A stretch of 64,000 nt of DNA from Octopus sinensis. Taxonomy: Eukaryota. Positions 12,405 to 26,088 of the stretch are shown here, piece by piece. Numbering within the stretch: the stretch's first letter is position 1; each line of letters begins with the position of its first letter. The DNA is taken from positions 64,728,001 through 64,792,000 of the forward strand of contig NC_043001.1 of NCBI RefSeq assembly GCF_006345805.1, read 5' to 3'. The notes beneath the pieces are model-generated. The model did not search any database. It was not told the DNA's origin and worked only from the letters and a program-made list of their open reading frames with translations. Made by a program: the position numbers and the translations under genes.

Positions 12405-15400
12405 ATCTTTGTGGCAAAATTTCATTATTTAACACTTGAATGGAGTGTTGGAACTTAACAAAAAATGACAATGATGACTTTATTACATATGCTGGAGCAG
12501 TCAACCATATGTGTGAAAACTTTAAACTTCAGGAATTCACTCAGGATATATTTAAATCCCTTATCTTCATACAAGACCTTACGGCAACCAAAAATAGAGA
12601 AATTCAGGCAAGGATTCTCTCAAAAATGGAGCAAGCGAACCTAGACTTAATCCTGCAGAAAAATATCAAACAATGGTAAACCTGAAGCATGACATGAAAA
12701 AATTCAAGACAAATATTCCACAAAAATACAGATGTGTTGATCCAGAAAGTACTACCAAAAAAGAGTGCCAGGCCTCAATCCAAGTTACAGATGTGGAGGC
12801 CTACACTTCAGAAAAGAGTGTCTGTTTAAAAACCGAAAATACTATAGTTGTCAGAAACTTGATCACAAGAGCTCACACTGCAGGGCAAGATTATGAGGGT
12901 CAAATGCAAAAAGTTCTAAGTTATTTTAAGCAGAAAATGAATATGACACAAAAACAAGAAAATTTGCACACATAAAAATAAATGGTGTAAATATTAAACT
13001 ACAGTTGGATACAGATAGTGATATTTCAATCATAAATGTGGATACATGGAGAAAAATCAGGAAACCAAGGTTACATAAAACAGTGAAAATTGCACATGGC
13101 ATGACAGGCAATAAATTACATTTCATGGGCGAAATGTGTACTGACATCTCATTTTGAGGAGAAACGCACAAAACAAAAATATTCATTGTGGAGAATACAA
13201 TCAATCTGTTTGGTACAGATTGGAGTTATTGACTTATGGCACGTCCCCATAAGTCTCTACTGCAGAAACATAAATAGTTGTCCCGTTAAAAATAAATCGT
13301 CTGAGGAATTGAAGAGAAAACTGAAAAAGATGCTTCCTCAAGTACTATCAGAGGATTTAGGTCTATGTAAAAAGAGTGAAGCCTGCTTTCAAGTAAGTGA
13401 AAACGCTGTGCCTGTATTCAAATCTAACAGAAAAATACCATTTGGACAGAATGGTAAAAGAGTGGAATCATCAAAAAGGTGTGCATTAAAAAGAAAAAAT
13501 AAGATTAGGCTGTGTGCTGATTTCTCTACAGGATTGAACAACTGCTTAAAGACATGCCACCATCCATTCCCGACTCCAGGTGATAATTTCACAAAATTAA
13601 ATGGTGGGAAAATTTTCTCCAAAGTGGTCTGTCTGATGCTTATTTACAGATTAAAGTAAATGACAAATGCTCAAAGTATCTGACAATAAATTCACAGAGA
13701 GGATTGTACAGATATACCCGGTTACCTTTTGGATTAAAGGTTGCACCAGCAATATTTCAACAAGTCATGGATGCTAAGTTATCTGTTTGTGAATTTGCAA
13801 TCCCCTATTTAGATGATATATTGATTAAGAGTAATTTGCATGAACTGCATGTGGAACATATAAAAGCTGTGTTCAAGAAAATAATAGAGTATGGGTTCAC
13901 TTTGAGTGAAGAAAAATGTGAATTCTTTTTGCCCCAAATTAGGTACTTAGGGCAAGTAATTGATAAAAATGGTAGATGGTCTGACCGTTGAAGGCAGTCG
14001 GTTAAATGCCAAAACACGTTTGAAGAAATAAAAAAAATTCTAATTGCAGATTTGTCTCTAGAAATAAACATTGTTGTAACTTCTGATGCTTCAGAGTATG
14101 GAATTGGAGCAGTTTTGCTACACAAGTATAAAGATGGAAGTACAAAACCAGTGATTTATATTTTGTGCTCACTGATAGTGGCAGAGAAAAAAATGCAGTC
14201 AGATAGGAAAAGAAGCCCTATTGATTATCTTTGCTGTAAAAAATTTCACAGGTTTCTACATGGTAGAAGTTTTCTGTTACAAACAGGCTACCTACCCATA
14301 CAGCAAACTGACTACAATGTTGGGATATAATAATACTAAATTACAATTTCAAAATGCAGTATATTCCATCGAAAAAATTGGTCATGCAGACTGTCTATTG
14401 AGACTAATTCTCAATAATATGGAATCACTAGAATATGCCATGATAGCTGCACTGCAGCCCGAAAATGAAATAAAAAGTACTATGACTAATGTTATCCAAG
14501 AACTACCAGTGACTGCACAGGATATAAGAATGAAGTCTGTAGGCAATGAGTATATTACAAAAATAAAGCAGAAATAAAGCAACAAAAAAGAAATAAACAA
14601 TAAAGAAATAAAGAAACAAAAATAAAGCAGAATAAAAATACAAACTCGAGTAGCTTCTCAATATGTGATGATATTCTGATGAATGCGCAAAGAGTTGTAG
14701 TACGACTACATTACAAAAATGTATATTGCAGCAATTCAACAGTGGAGATCTGGGAATGTCGAGGATGAACGTTCTGATGAGGAGCTACATCTAATGGCTG
14801 ACTATGGACCGGGACATCGAAAAGTCGGTGAGAACTTGTTGAGATTGTGCACTTATGGCCAAAGCCCTGCTGGTAAAATATGGCTGGAGACAGAACCCAT
14901 GGTCTAGGTTACATGTAGACTATGCTGGATAGGTAAACAGTGCTTGCTATCTAATCATAGTAGACAGCTGTACAAAGTGGTTAAAGGTATGCAAGTGCAA
15001 TAAACCAACTGCTAAGAAAACTATAAAGTCCCTATTTGGATTGTTTGCATGATATGGTGTACTGAACATGTTAGTTTTTGATAATAGAACACAGTTCTCG
15101 GTATATGAATTCAAGAACTCCTGTAAAATGCATGCAATAATGCATATTTTCACTCCACCCTACTACCCAAGGTCAAATGGGCAGGTAGAAAGATTCATGG
15201 ACACATTCAAAAGAGCATTAAGAAAAGCTAGGAATGAATTAAGTAACGACAAAGCACTAACAAAATTCTTAAGGGTATATAGAGTAACCTCCAATCTAAG
15301 TACAAATTCAGGAAAGTCACTTGCAGAGCTGATGTTTGCAAGAAGAATAAACTCGATTTTTGATAAGTTATTAACAGAGAAAAAAGATGTAAAGGAAATA

Positions 15401-16018
15401 TGAAAGATGCAATGAAACATTTCTAAGTATGGAGATAAAGTGCATTTTAAAACCTACAGAAATGGTAAAAGGAAAACAGGATGGCCTTCTAAAAGAAATA
15501 GGAAGTATGGTGTATCTAATTAAAGGACAATGCTGGGAACATAATAGACACATAAATCAGCTAAAGAAGAGACATATCGAAGAACAGAGAGAAATTCCTA
15601 TGGAAGTATTCTTTGATGTATTCGATGTCCCAGCCCCGAAAGCAATGGAGTCCCGTAGAACCAGCATGAGAAAACAGAAGCAGACCGAACACCTTGAGAT
15701 AAGGCCCAAGCAAAAAAGATGCTAAAAGATAATAATAATGATAAATAAAATAACTTTATTTCTTCAGAACTCGTAGTCTCAAAAGGGGAGATGTTGTGGA
15801 AAAAATACGACATTCCATAACGAGAATTAACAGGACTACTACATATAAATAATAGTGGTCTGATGTAGTCGGCAGTTCGTAGTTTGGTCTTTGAAGTCCA
15901 GGTACAGTTTACAGTTCAAGTTTGTGTGTTGGAAATATTGATTGTTGCTTTGTAAAAGATTGTTGGTTCATTACATGTTTGTAACTGCTGCTGTTTCTAT
16001 TTTGTATTGTTATAACAT
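12405..16018 (+). mobile_element. Degenerate Gypsy LTR retrotransposon (gag-PR-RT-RH-INT, PPT, 3' LTR 15792-16018)
   Basis: IRLCADFSTGLN, RLPFGLKVAPAIFQQ, PYLDDILI, SDASEYGIGAVL, PPYYPRSNGQVERF; PPT aaaaggggaga then TGTTG; many stops. Confidence 0.9.
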
Positions 16019-16110
16019 ACATACATACATACATACATACATACATACATACATACATACATACATACATACATACATACATACATACACACACACATAT
16101 ATGTATATAT
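16019..16110. repeat. (TACA)n microsatellite
   Basis: Direct reading. Confidence 0.95.
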
Positions 16111-16119
16111 GTAATACAC

Positions 16120-16412
16120 TGCCTCAATACCAATCTTGAGAAATTAGGCTTCTCAAATTCAGAAAGGAGAAAGCTAATTCAAAGACTACAGATCCAATCC
16201 ATCACCGAAACTGTAAAAATCTGTAAAACTCTCCAGAATTTATTATTTAAATATATATGAGCTTGTCTAGATATGCAACTATATGCATGAGAATACATAC
16301 AAACAAAAATACCTTGTTGTTGATGGTGAAATTCCAATGAAGGAGCTTGGATCTAGGTTAGAAACTGGTTCTTTCTCTATTGGCAAGAAATCTTGAAATA
16401 AACTGAATAATG
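16120..16412 (+). mobile_element. R4/Dong-like LINE 3' end
   Basis: Near-identical to 5500-5772 (gagaaattaggcttctcaaa...gaaatcttgaaataa). Confidence 0.8.
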
Positions 16413-16567
16413 ATATATATACATTTTTCACTTAGGCATTGCAAGACTAATAACCTGGTGTAGAAGTCAATATACATATGCTTCAGAAGAAAGCATTAGT
16501 CAAGTACAGAGTAGTAATAAGAAAATGAGATGACAAATGAATAAACGATTATCTTATGAATTTCATT

Positions 16568-16647
16568 AGCTCACAGTTGTTTCTACTTAAGTTGCAGTGG
16601 ACTCATAGTTGAGTGCCTGAGTAACATCTTATAGCTTCATCAGAGCC
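16568..16647 (-). ncRNA. Hammerhead-ribozyme-like motif at a PLE 3' end
   Basis: Minus strand: GGCU CUGAUGA [long stem II] GAAA CAACUG UG AGCU, immediately downstream of LFPNGLN (PLE-type C-terminus); position 17 is G. Confidence 0.6.
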
Positions 16648-16708
16648 TTGAATATGATGTTCAATCCATTTGGGAAAAGAGTTACATTTTTTCATGCATA
16701 TATATATA

Positions 16709-16901
16709 TCATCATCATCATCATCATCGTTTAGCGTCCGTTTTCCATGCTAGCATGGGTTGGACGGTTCTACTGGGGTCTGTGAAGCCAGAAGGCTTCA
16801 TCAGGCCCAGTCAAATCTGGCAGTGTTTCTACGGCTGGATGCCCTTCCTAACGCCAACCACTCCGAGAGTGTAGTGGGTGCTTTTTACGTGCCACCCGCA
16901 C

Positions 16902-16905
<4 letters not shown>
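16709..16905 (-). mobile_element. Short 5'-truncated RTE 3' end with (CAT)n tail
   Basis: Nearly identical to 57337-57520. Confidence 0.9.
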
Positions 16906-16939
<34 letters not shown>

Positions 16940-17444
16940 TCTTTTACTTATATATATATATATATTCACACATACATATATCATTCAACCACGATAGTGG
17001 TTGAATATATTCTTAAGTTCACCATTTCGTCAATCGCAGAAGCTTCCAAGCTTCACCACTAATTCAGTTCTCAACTAAATTGCAAACTGTTAATAGTTTT
17101 AAAGAGGACACATCCTCAGCTACACTTTGACATAAATAGTTTGAGATTTGGTTCAGTGGGAAAAAAGTTACATCAAAATATGTCAGATCTCAAGAGGGCA
17201 GTAAGGCAGATATTCATCTTCATTTAACATAAATTTTTAAATTTTAAATTAAAAGTATACTTTTCTTAGGCTTAAATGATTGAAAAATGCATGAGGAATT
17301 CAGAATCATTAGTCGCATTGAACAAAAATTAGTAGAAAAACAGTTATGAGGTAAAATGTTACGAAATTTAATGTCAGTAAGTAAGAAGTAACGCTTAAGT
17401 AATAAGAACAAAGTATATATTTCTAAAATGTATGTTTACATTCT

Positions 17445-17745
17445 AAGGTGGTGAACTGGCAGAAATGTTAGTGCACCAGGTGAAATGCTAAACGGTATTT
17501 CGTCTGTCTTTATGTTTTGAGTTCAAATTTCACTGAGGTCAACTTTGACGTACAGATTATTTAATTAATTTTTTAAAACTAAACACTCTCAAACTTCCGA
17601 TACTGGTAGAATACATTACATAGAACAGGGTTTATTCTGAATGTTCTTAACAAAATTTTGTTAAGCAGTATTTCATCTGTTTTTACATTCTAAGTTCAAA
17701 TTCCGCTGAGGTTGACTTTGCTTTTCATCCATTTTGGATCTATTC
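17445..17745 (+). mobile_element. tRNA-derived SINE fragments (second family), partly duplicated
   Basis: A-box-like tggcagaaatgttag, B-box-like gagttcaaatt; same family as the minus copy at 43510-43700. Confidence 0.65.
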
Positions 17746-18549
17746 AATTAGAAGTACAGATTATTTTATTAATTTTTTCAAACTTCTGATACTGGTAGAA
17801 TGTGTCACATAGAACAGGGTTTACTCTTAACACTTTTGACAAAATTTTGTATTTTAGAAGTTATTTTGTCAGAAGTTAGAGAGTGACAATGGACAAATTT
17901 GTGTTTGATAAGTGCCAATACATGAAACTCTCAGCCTTTGACTTACTTTCTAACTTCTGCCGATGATATATATATACATATTACATATATGTGTAAAAAA
18001 ATCTCATCACACAATCGAACCAATGAAAGAGCCTCTACCTGGTCACTCAACACTCTAAAAATAGCAACCAAAGTATCCCCCTACCTAAATCACATGCCCA
18101 TTGTATGTAATGTCCTCAATTATCCCTAAAAAGACAGTTTGCTGAAGGCTGGAATGTCTTTGATGATACGTTTGCAGTATCAGGGTTGATTTGAGGTGAA
18201 CAACATTATGGTCAATTTCTATATTAACACCTGCATAATTTTCACTAAGAAAAAAAAATTTGATTTTTAAGTAAAAAGTTTCTTATTCTTTCTTACTTGA
18301 AGTAATAGCTTGTCCTATACTCTTACAAGTGTGATAACTTGTCTTGTACTTTTCCAGGTTTGTAATCTTAAGAATATGACTTTTCATGCTTGCATTTTTG
18401 CATGTAAAATATATATATAGGAAGAACCAAACACCTATGTGGGTAATGAAAACCAAGGGCTCCTCCCATAAGTATAATAAGATTATTTTTAAAATGTGTA
18501 TAAAGATGGGTATATCCAGATAAAGGATAATTAGATCTAACAGTAAAAG

Positions 18550-18604
<55 letters not shown>

Positions 18605-18784
18605 AGATTTAGATAAAGGATAATTAGATCTAACAGTAAAAGTATATGTATGTATATATATATATATATAGTAGTAACAGAAAAGAGGAATTTCAGTTGT
18701 CCCCACGTGGTGGATTGTAATGTATATAAGAAAAATAAAAACGGAAAATACGCACACTTACATGGTTATAGTATAATTCTTAAT

Positions 18785-18819
18785 GTATCGACCGGTTTCG
18801 CAATCGCTATTCATGATAC
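18785..18819 (-). ncRNA. Degenerate minimal type-I hammerhead motif
   Basis: GUAUC AUGAAUA GC-GAUU-GC GAAA CCGG UC GAUAC: stems I and II and palindromic stem III intact, two core substitutions. Confidence 0.65.
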
Positions 18820-18924
18820 AATGTTTAATTTATATGAAAATATATTTTTTCTTAAGAAGAAAATGGGTCCATGTTGTTCATAATGAGATTCACTCGTGAA
18901 TGGGTCCATGTTGTTTATAATGAT

Positions 18925-21900
18925 ATTCATGAGCTCACATTGCAGAGAAAAGTTAGGAAGGCTGAACATAAAACATTTTGAAGTTTTCTCAATGGAACAT
19001 AATATATTTAATAAAGTGGAAATTTGTACACGTAGAAGTAAATGACATCTCAGTTATTAATACTGACATGTGGATAAGAATTGGGAAACTTATATTAAGA
19101 AAAACATCAAAACTTACATGAGGCATGACAGGTGAAAAACTACACTTCATAGGTGAAATGTGGAGTGATATCATATTTCAGGGAAAAACCTGTAGAGCAA
19201 AAGTTTTCATGGTGAAAAATGCAACCAGTCTGATCAGTACAGACTGGTTGGAGTTGTTTGACTTATGGGACCTCTCTCTGTTTTGTAAAAAAATAAATGG
19301 TTGTCCCACCAGTAAAAATAATTCAGCAGCTGAATTGAAGAAAAAATTTAAAAACTTGTTTCCTGTAGTGCTCTCAGATAAATTAGGTCTTTGTTCTAAG
19401 ACTAAAGCCTGTTTTCAAATAAAGGAAAATGTCGTACTTGTATTCAAACCTAATAGAAAACAGGTAGTGGAAGAAGAATTAGACAGACTGGAGAAATTGG
19501 GAATTATTCAAAATGTAGATTATTCTAAGGGGGCAGCACCAACTGTGTGTATTAAAAAAAATAACAAAATCAGAGTGCGTGCCAATTTTTCTACTGGTAT
19601 GAATGACTGTTTAAAAATGTGCCACTATCCACTGCCTACTCCAGAGGATATTGTTCCAAAATTAAATGATGGCAAAATATTTTTGAAACTAGATTTGTCT
19701 GATGTGCATCTACAAATTAAAGTCGACAAGGAATGCTCAAAGCCTCTAACAGTTAGTATGCACAGAGGACTATACAAATATAATAGATTGTCATTTGGTC
19801 TGAAGGTCACATTTGCAATATTTCAACAGGTTATGGATGTGATGTTGGCAGATTGTCAATTTGCAATTCCATGATGTATTAAAAGTGAATCTCATGTGAA
19901 GTGTGTTTTTCAAAAAATAAGAGATTACAGTTTCACACTCAGTGAGGAGAAATGTGAATATTTAGGACAAATTATAGATAATAATGGAAGATGACCTGAT
20001 CCGTCGAAGGCAGATGCAATAAAAATAAGCCTCCCCCAACTAACATTATAACTATTATCAAAATTACATACCAAACATGTATTAATTGAGAGCTCCACTT
20101 AATAATTTGTTTAAGAATGACGCCAAATAGAATTGGTCAAATAACTATCAAAAGGCATTTCAGGATATTAAAAAAATATTCATTTTGGATTTGTCACTGC
20201 CTCATTTTGATCCTGCAGTGGAGATTGTTGCAGCTTCTGATGTTTCTGAATATGGTGTAGGAGCAGTTTTGCTACACAAATATAAAGATAGTAATGTGAA
20301 GGCAGTAGTTCATGTCTCATGTGCTCTGATTGCAGCAGAAAAAAAAAACAACAGTCAGATAGAGAAAGAAGCTCTAGTGATTATTTTTGCTGTGAAGAAG
20401 TATCTCAGATTTCTCCACGGTAGAAGTTTTTGACTTCAGATGGATCACTGAACATTACTATCAATTTTTGGATTGAAGAAAGGAATACCTACCCATATAT
20501 CTAACAGATTACAATCCTGGGGTACAATATTGTTAAATTACAACTTTAAGATGGAGTACATTCCTTCTAAGAAAATTGTCCATGCAGTTTGTTCATCTAG
20601 GCTAATTCTGGAGAATACAGAACCACTGGAAGATATGGTGATAGCCACACTATAATCAGAAAAGGAAATTAAAAACATTATGTGTAATGTCATTCAGGAG
20701 TTGCCAGTGACTGTACAAGATATAAAAAGTAAATCAGTAGAGGACAAATACATCATAAAAATGAAGGAAACCTTAAATAATAAACAAAAGAGAAACACGA
20801 ATGTGAACCATTTTTCACTCTGCGTCGATGTATTAATGTACATACAAAGAGTGGTTGTACCAACTGCACTACAGAAATGGATATTACATGAATTTCATAG
20901 TGGACACCCGGGGATATCAAGAATGAAAGCTTTGATGAGGAGTTATGTGTATTGGCTGACAATGGACTGGGACATTGAATATTTGGTAAATTCATGTAGA
21001 GGTTGTGTGCTAGCAGCCAAGGCACCATCAGTGAAATACCAATCATGGTCCAGGGTACATATAGACTACGCTGGACCAATGAATGGCACTTGCTACTTGA
21101 TCATTGTTGATAGCTTTACCAAGTGGACAGAAGTAGGCAGGTATGGTCAATCTACCTCAAAGGCAACAATAAATTTCTGCATGAACTTTTTGCTCAATAC
21201 GGTGTTCCAGACACCATAGTATCAGACAATGGAACAAAATTTACGGGATACAAGTTCAAGAAATTCTGCAAAATGCATGCAATCAAGCACATATTTACCC
21301 CACCCTACCACCCGAGGTCATATGGGCAAGCAAAATTATTCATAGATACTTTCAAGCAAGTGCTAAAAAAAGCAAGGAATGAGTTAGGAAATGACAAAGT
21401 GATAACTAAATTTTCAAAAGTGTACAGAATAACACCCAATCCAAACACCAGTTCATGCAAGTCCCCTGCAGAGCTAATTTTCACTTGAAAGATTAAATCA
21501 ATCTTCAACAAAGGAAAAACATAAAGAGAAAATGCAAAAAATTCAACTGTACATTTGATGTCAGAGACACAATGCATTTCAAATTATACAAGAACGGTAG
21601 AGTCAGCAGGATGGTGTAATGACTAAAAGAATTGTAAACATAAAATATTTAATAAAAAGCCAACAATGAGAGTATTAACAACACCTAAATCGATTAAAAA
21701 TCCGATATACAGAAGAAAGGAAGGAAATTCCAATGGAAGTGTTTTACATGTTCAATGTGCTAGTACCAAAAGAGATTGAGTCTAGAAGGAGCAGTAACAT
21801 GAAATGTAAACAGACTGAACATTTAAAAATAATTCCTAAGTGGAAAAGGTACTGAACTCCCTAAGGAAACAAAATTTCAAAAAGGGAGAGGTATTAGAAA

Positions 21901-22246
21901 CAAAAAATAAAATAATAATAACAATAAAATGAATTTCATTTCCTATAGAAATCGAAATCTCAAAAGGGGATATGTTGTGGTGAGAGTCACAACACTCTCT
22001 GCAAGAATAGACTTGACCAAATGACTATGAATAGTAGCAGTCAGAGTCAGAGAGAAAGAGCGGGCATTAATCACAGGAAGTCATTAGGTGTTGTTTTGGT
22101 AGTTTGTCAGAATATCATTTGTTGGTTCGTGTATAGTTCATGGAGAGTTTGTTGGATTGTTACATTGTTGTTACCCTTATATATTTTATTGTTACTACAC
22201 AGTTATAGTGTAAAAATGTATCATCATAAATAATGGTTATGCTACA
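18925..22246 (+). mobile_element. Second degenerate Gypsy element of the same family as 12405-16018 (PR-RT-RH-INT, PPT, LTR from 21973)
   Basis: RVRANFSTGMND, LKLDLSD..LQI, LSFGLKV, ASDVSEYGVGAVL, HSGHPGISRMKALMRSYVYW, RVHIDYAGP; PPT aaaaggggata then TGTTG. Confidence 0.9.
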
Positions 22247-22514
22247 ATAATTGAAGATGAGTAACTATATTACAATAGGGATACATGGAGAGGAGAAAAG
22301 CAAAACCTTAAGGAGGTGATTAAGACTTTACATGATCAAAGAATTTGGCCAGTGTGGGCAAGTACTGAACAATCTGTATGCATGTGTGTGTGTGTGTGTG
22401 TGTACTGATAAAAGAAAATGGGGGAGAAGCAAAAAGAGTGTTGACAGATGATGAAACATACCAGAATAAAAAAAAAAAAAACCAGCAAGGGCAAAAAACA
22501 TGATATACATACAC

Positions 22515-22690
22515 ATATCATTATCATCATCATTTAATGTCCATGTTCTATACTAGTATGGGTTGATTGTTTGACAGGATCCAGTGGATCAAGAGACTGA
22601 ATTATGACTCCGGTGTCTGTTTGGCATGGTTTCTATAGTTGGATGCCCTTTCTAATATCAACTGATTGAATGCTTTCCTGATGCTACTAT
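22515..22690 (-). mobile_element. Decayed RTE 3' end
   Basis: catcatcatcatttaatgtcc..tggatgcccttt match. Confidence 0.7.
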
Positions 22691-22959
22691 GCAGTTCACA
22701 AGAGTACAAACCCTAAGGGACAGAGGGGGGCTAAAGTATGCAAGAAGTGAGAGTGGGGTTAAAGCAGGTTCTTTTAGAAGAGTTGCATAGCTAGTCGCAT
22801 TTAGTAAGGGAGAAAGAGGATGATCAGTAGAAGCTGCAAAGAGATAGTGGAGGTGAGGTGTCCAAGTGCACCCTCAAGGTGAACAGAAGTGAGGGAGAAG
22901 CTGCTAGTTTGTATGGAAAGCAGGAGATGAGGAGATGAAGTGGTTACCTGCAACAAAAA

Positions 22960-23520
22960 TTAGGTGGGCTGAAGGGTGACCATACTAGCATGGTCATCTT
23001 TCTTGCACACTATACCTGAAACTTTTTATGTTTAGTTTTTCTCATACACACTCACATTGCACATCCACATTATGCTCGCTTCATTTCTTTCTTGTTTTCT
23101 GAAGTCCTCTGCATTCAAGCCCCGTGTTTCGCTACCATGCAGTTCAAACACAAACATTATACAATCTCACCTTCACTCTGCAAAAAGACTTTTGTTGAAA
23201 ACAATGATAGTAACTCCCTTAAATTTCTTCAAACCATTCTGACTTTGGCTACTGTACTTTCAGGGAAACCACCTCCTTTGCTAATTACATCTGAGATAAC
23301 AAAATCTATTGACTCCTTTATGAAAGTCTATTTCAAGAAAGTCTATTTTGGGCTTGTTTGCAGTATGTACTGATCCTGTGCATTTATCAAATATGAAGTT
23401 TTATGTTCCCTTCTAGTCTGCCATTGATTCCACTACATCTCTTATATATTTATAGCTTAACTTAAGTATGTATAGCTTAAATGTATGGAGTTTATACCTA
23501 CTCCATTTCTGTATATCAAG
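22960..23520 (-). mobile_element. RTE LINE remnant (continues at 24700-24878)
   Basis: Decayed matches to the RT C-terminal region of the 57.9-59.0 kb ORF. Confidence 0.6.
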
Positions 23521-23659
23521 CAAGACTATTTCCTTGAACATTTGAGGCATAGTCCAGAAGGTTTGTGACTTATTTAGGAGAAGCAGTTATAAATGCCTTA
23601 GATATTTTATAAGTTTAGTATATTATTATTTATATCCTGTAAGTTGATCTGCCAACATT

Positions 23660-24695
23660 TTTATTCCATATTGAAGGAGATGACTGTAACAGAACTTTGA
23701 ACACACCCTACTAAACATTGTTTGTCACAGCTAACTATGCAAAATACAGTTGAGACATGAAGACAATTTGGAAGCTCACTATGCAGCAAAGTTTTGTGTT
23801 AAACTGGGCAAACGTGCTATTGAAACTTACGAAATGTTCCTGGTTGCTTATGGATTAACTTGTGTGACTCAAGCATCTAGTTTTTACTAGACTAAGAAGT
23901 TCAAGGATAGTAGAGAGGAAGAGAGAGATGATGAGAGGAGAACATCTGATCTGATTGAGAAAATTCACTTTTCTGGATGAAGATTTTCATGTGTCTATAA
24001 AGACAATAAGAATACTGTATACAGTTGGTGTAGCAACTGTACACAGAATTATTCATGAAGATCTAAGCATGTACAAAATTTGTGTGCAGTTTTTCATAGT
24101 GTGCTCAGTGATGAACAGAAGGAAAGGCACATTGGTGACTGCAAGGAGATGGTTGAGCTTATTACTTCAAGTCTACTAGGAAGCTCATGATGATTCCCTT
24201 TCCAAACAACAAGAGCAACATCTACATTCAATGGGTTCCCTCTAGCCAGACAGTTAACAAAAGATACTTTGGTACCTTTTGTTGTGGAGATTTTGAGTGA
24301 GTTCAGGAAAAGATTTCATCACCTGCACCAAGACAATGCACCAGTCCACAATTCCATCCTAGTAACCAGTTACTTGACAGAGACTGGTAACAAAACTGTC
24401 TCTCACTCTCCCTACAGTTCAGATCTTGTTCTCTGTGACTTTTGGTTGTTCCCTAAGCTGAAGGAGAATCTCAAGGGCAGTTGTTTTGAAGACTTTGAGA
24501 AGATGAAGGAAGCTGTGATAAGGATCCTGGACACCGTCACTTTGGCCATAGTGCTGTCACAAAGTGGCTGAAGCATTACAACAATGCACTGAATTTAGAG
24601 AATCCTACTTTGAAAGATATTAGAATTTTGTACTTTTTTTAAATTAGTAAGTGTCTCTCCAGAAAAAGTCTCAAAAATTTGGAATGCATCTTGTG
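23660..24695 (+). mobile_element. Mariner transposon remnant
   Basis: KFCVKLGK..ETYEM, HQDNAPVH, HSPYSSDLVLCDFWLFPKLK (mariner D34D-type motifs). Confidence 0.85.
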
Positions 24696-25056
24696 TCAGG
24701 GTCCTCTATTCTTTCCTACTTATTAAGACCTTCATCTTTGCTAAATTTACCTTAAGACCTCTTGATTCTATATTTCCTCTCCAATTTCCATATAGATTCA
24801 GCTATGAACTAGAGCATCAATATATAGGAGTTCCTTTGGACAGCCAGTCTTAAACTTCTTTGTAATGGCCTGTAGAATATACAAATATTCTATAATTATA
24901 TACATAATTATAATCAAGGGGTCAGCTTTGCAATACACTGATTTTAGAAATAGGAGCTAAATACCTTTTCTACTAACATAAAGATCTCCCAGAGAGTAAC
25001 ACACTATTTTATGTAGGCAAAAGGAAAAAAATAATGAATCCACAAAACTCAGATTA

Positions 25057-25119
25057 GCTACATATGTGTTTCGAGATTAAAGTTATAATTACTTACTTAT
25101 TTCTCATCTTCAGTGCAGC
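25057..25119 (-). ncRNA. Type-I hammerhead motif, left arm
   Basis: GCUGCA CUGAAGA U GAGA..UCUC GAAA CACA UA UGUAGC. Confidence 0.7.
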
Positions 25120-25735
25120 ATTTCTAAATATAAATTTGAGAGTGTTAGGATTAAATATGTATGCGATGAAGCACCATCGCATAACCGATATTTAACCACA
25201 TTTCCAAAAATATACAATCGAATGTGAACACATATTTATCCTCAATACCCATGTGTGTGTGTTACGAGCAATCCTGCAGAAACTGCATTTTCAATCAGGG
25301 AGTAAATTATAATTTCAATAATGATAAAAGGGTAAAGTTAATTAATTAATTAATTAATTAATCAATTAATTAATTGATAATTTTACCAAGTAGTCAGTAC
25401 ATTAAAAATAATTGTGTATATAATTATTGAATATGTGTACCTAAAACGGTTATTTTTAACGTATTGACTACTTGGTAAAATTATTAATTATTAGTTAATT
25501 GATTAATTAATTAATTAATTTTACCCTTTTATTATTATTGAAATTATAATTTACTCCCTGATCGAAAACTGCAGTTTCTGCAGGATTGCTCATAATACAC
25601 ACGTGAGTATTGAGGATAAATATGTGTTCACATTCGGTTGTATATTTTTGGAAATGTGGTTAAATATCGGTTATGCGATGGTGCTTCATCGCGTACATAT
25701 TTAATCCTAACACTCTCAAATTTATATTTAGAAAT

Positions 25736-25804
25736 GCTGCACTGAAGAAATGGAAATAAGTAAGTAATTATAACTTTACATTAATCTCGAAATGCATATG
25801 TAGC
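25736..25804 (+). ncRNA. Type-I hammerhead motif, right arm
   Basis: GCUGCA CUGAAGA ..UCUC GAAA UGCA UA UGUAGC; stem II damaged, stem III palindrome AUGCAU. Confidence 0.65.
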
Positions 25805-26088
25805 TAATCTGAGTTTTGTGGATTCATTAATCTTTTTCTTTTTGCCTACATAAAAAAAGTGTGTTACTGTCTGGGAGATCTTTATGTTAGTAGAAAAGGT
25901 ATTTAGCTCCTATTTCTAAAATCAGTGCGTGGCAAAGCTATTAGCTGACCCCTTGATTATAATTATGTATATAATTATAGAATATTTGTACCTAAAATGG
26001 TTATTTTTAACATACTGACTACTTGGTAAAATTATTAATTAATTAATTGATTAATTATTTAATTAATTTTACCCTTTTATTATTATTA

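Noticed and set aside
16983-17006. 10-bp-arm palindrome attcaaccac-gata-gtggttgaat
   Set aside because: Short, and no associated element boundary could be established
18510-18660. ~40-bp duplication flanking a (TA)n run
   Set aside because: Ordinary slippage or microsatellite-associated duplication
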